Positions 63,151 to 64,000 of a stretch of 64,000 bases of DNA are shown here, piece by piece. The stretch is taken from contig NC_089433.1 of the NCBI RefSeq assembly GCF_026210795.1, forward strand, positions 248,001-312,000, written 5' to 3'. A model generated the notes under the pieces. The model saw nothing but the letters and a program-made list of their open reading frames with translations. It did no database searches and had not been told where the DNA came from. Made by a program: the position numbers and the translations under genes. The DNA is from Rhizophagus irregularis. Its lineage: Eukaryota. Positions within the stretch are counted from its first letter, which is position 1, and each line of letters starts with the position of its first letter.

Positions 63151-64000
63151 ATGGAAGAACCTTTAGATTTAGGAGATTTGACCGTTGGGAAGAAAATTAT
63201 TGCAGAAAATTTTGCAAATTGGACTAGTGGGAATAAAATAATTGATAATTTCATTCAAGAAAAGCAATTAAAATTCGAAGGTGGTGCATTATTTGAATGG
63301 ATAACCATATAATGAGTTTATTGATATTAAAGAAATAAAAGATAATTGTTTAACTACAGCAATATATAAGACTGGTCCATTAAATTATGATATAAACGAA
63401 AAGGAATGGATAAAAGTATCATATGACAAAGTTGTATTAAGATATTTATATGACTTACAAAATATTACTGACGGACTTATAAATAAGGTATTGAATTTCT
63501 CTATTAATTCTATTAATTGATTAAAATACAAATATTTATTTATTTTTTTTTTTATTATTGATAGATCGAATCATATTTAGGAAAATATTTTAGTTATGGA
63601 ATAGGAATATCACAAAATCCAGATACAAAAGTTTATATTTTGGTCTTTAACATTAAATATCTTAAACGTTATTGTGTTAAATGTGGTTATAAACATCCAA
63701 AGAAAAGTGAAAAATTGTGTTTTCGATGCAAATTTAATCTTAAAATTGATTTTATAAGCAGAACTAGTGGAAATAAGAAAATTGATGAATTCATTCAAAA
63801 AATGCAATTAAAAATTAATAAATATAATAACACAATGTTTGAATGGATACCATACAATGAGTTTTTTGAGATTAAAGAGGTGGATGGGAAAGGTAGATTT
63901 GTTACAGCAATATGGAAGGAAGGTTTATTACATTTTGATGATAATGAAAATAAATTGATAAGAAAGTCATATGAAAAAGTTTGTTTAAAATATTTATATA
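63151..64000 (+). pseudogene. 5' part of a kinase-associated repeat gene (WTSGNK.ID.FIQ...FEWIPYNEF repeats), frameshifted, runs off the window
   Basis: ATG 63151. An extra A near 63304 breaks WIPYNEF. Intron ~63488-63563, then a second repeat with CVKC...CFRC and TSGNKKIDEFIQ...FEWIPYNEF. Confidence 0.75.

Noticed and set aside
1..64000. tRNA/rRNA genes and prokaryotic operon signals
   Set aside because: None recognised by eye; tRNAscan-SE or Infernal would be needed to exclude small RNAs.

Overview
Very AT-rich eukaryotic DNA with short (~70-120 nt) GT-AG introns. The gene content (BTB-BACK-TLDc genes, TKL-type kinases with or without Sel1-like repeats, a TRP-like channel, Helitrons, LINEs, MITEs) points to an arbuscular mycorrhizal fungus (Glomeromycotina, Rhizophagus-like); this is an inference from content. 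The window holds five intact BTB-BACK-TLDc genes plus several relics, a PQQ-repeat propeller gene, a frameshifted channel gene, a kinase-Sel1 gene, a mercaptopyruvate sulfurtransferase, a frameshifted kinase at the right edge and many nested transposons, several with readable TSDs. Two features stand out. (1) At 38.2-41.1 kb a pseudokinase gene has twelve consecutive, all-different 3-nt microexons plus a frame-essential 1-nt exon, none visible in the ORF track; a decayed relative lies at 22.3-23.0 kb. (2) At 17.3-18.5 kb a dual-coding locus overlaps a CAE...PCxxC zinc-deaminase-like ORF with a second ORF ending in a SUKH-like domain, a candidate toxin-antidote module; a CpG-decayed second copy lies at 8.0-9.0 kb. 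All family assignments are by visual motif recognition; no database search was run.
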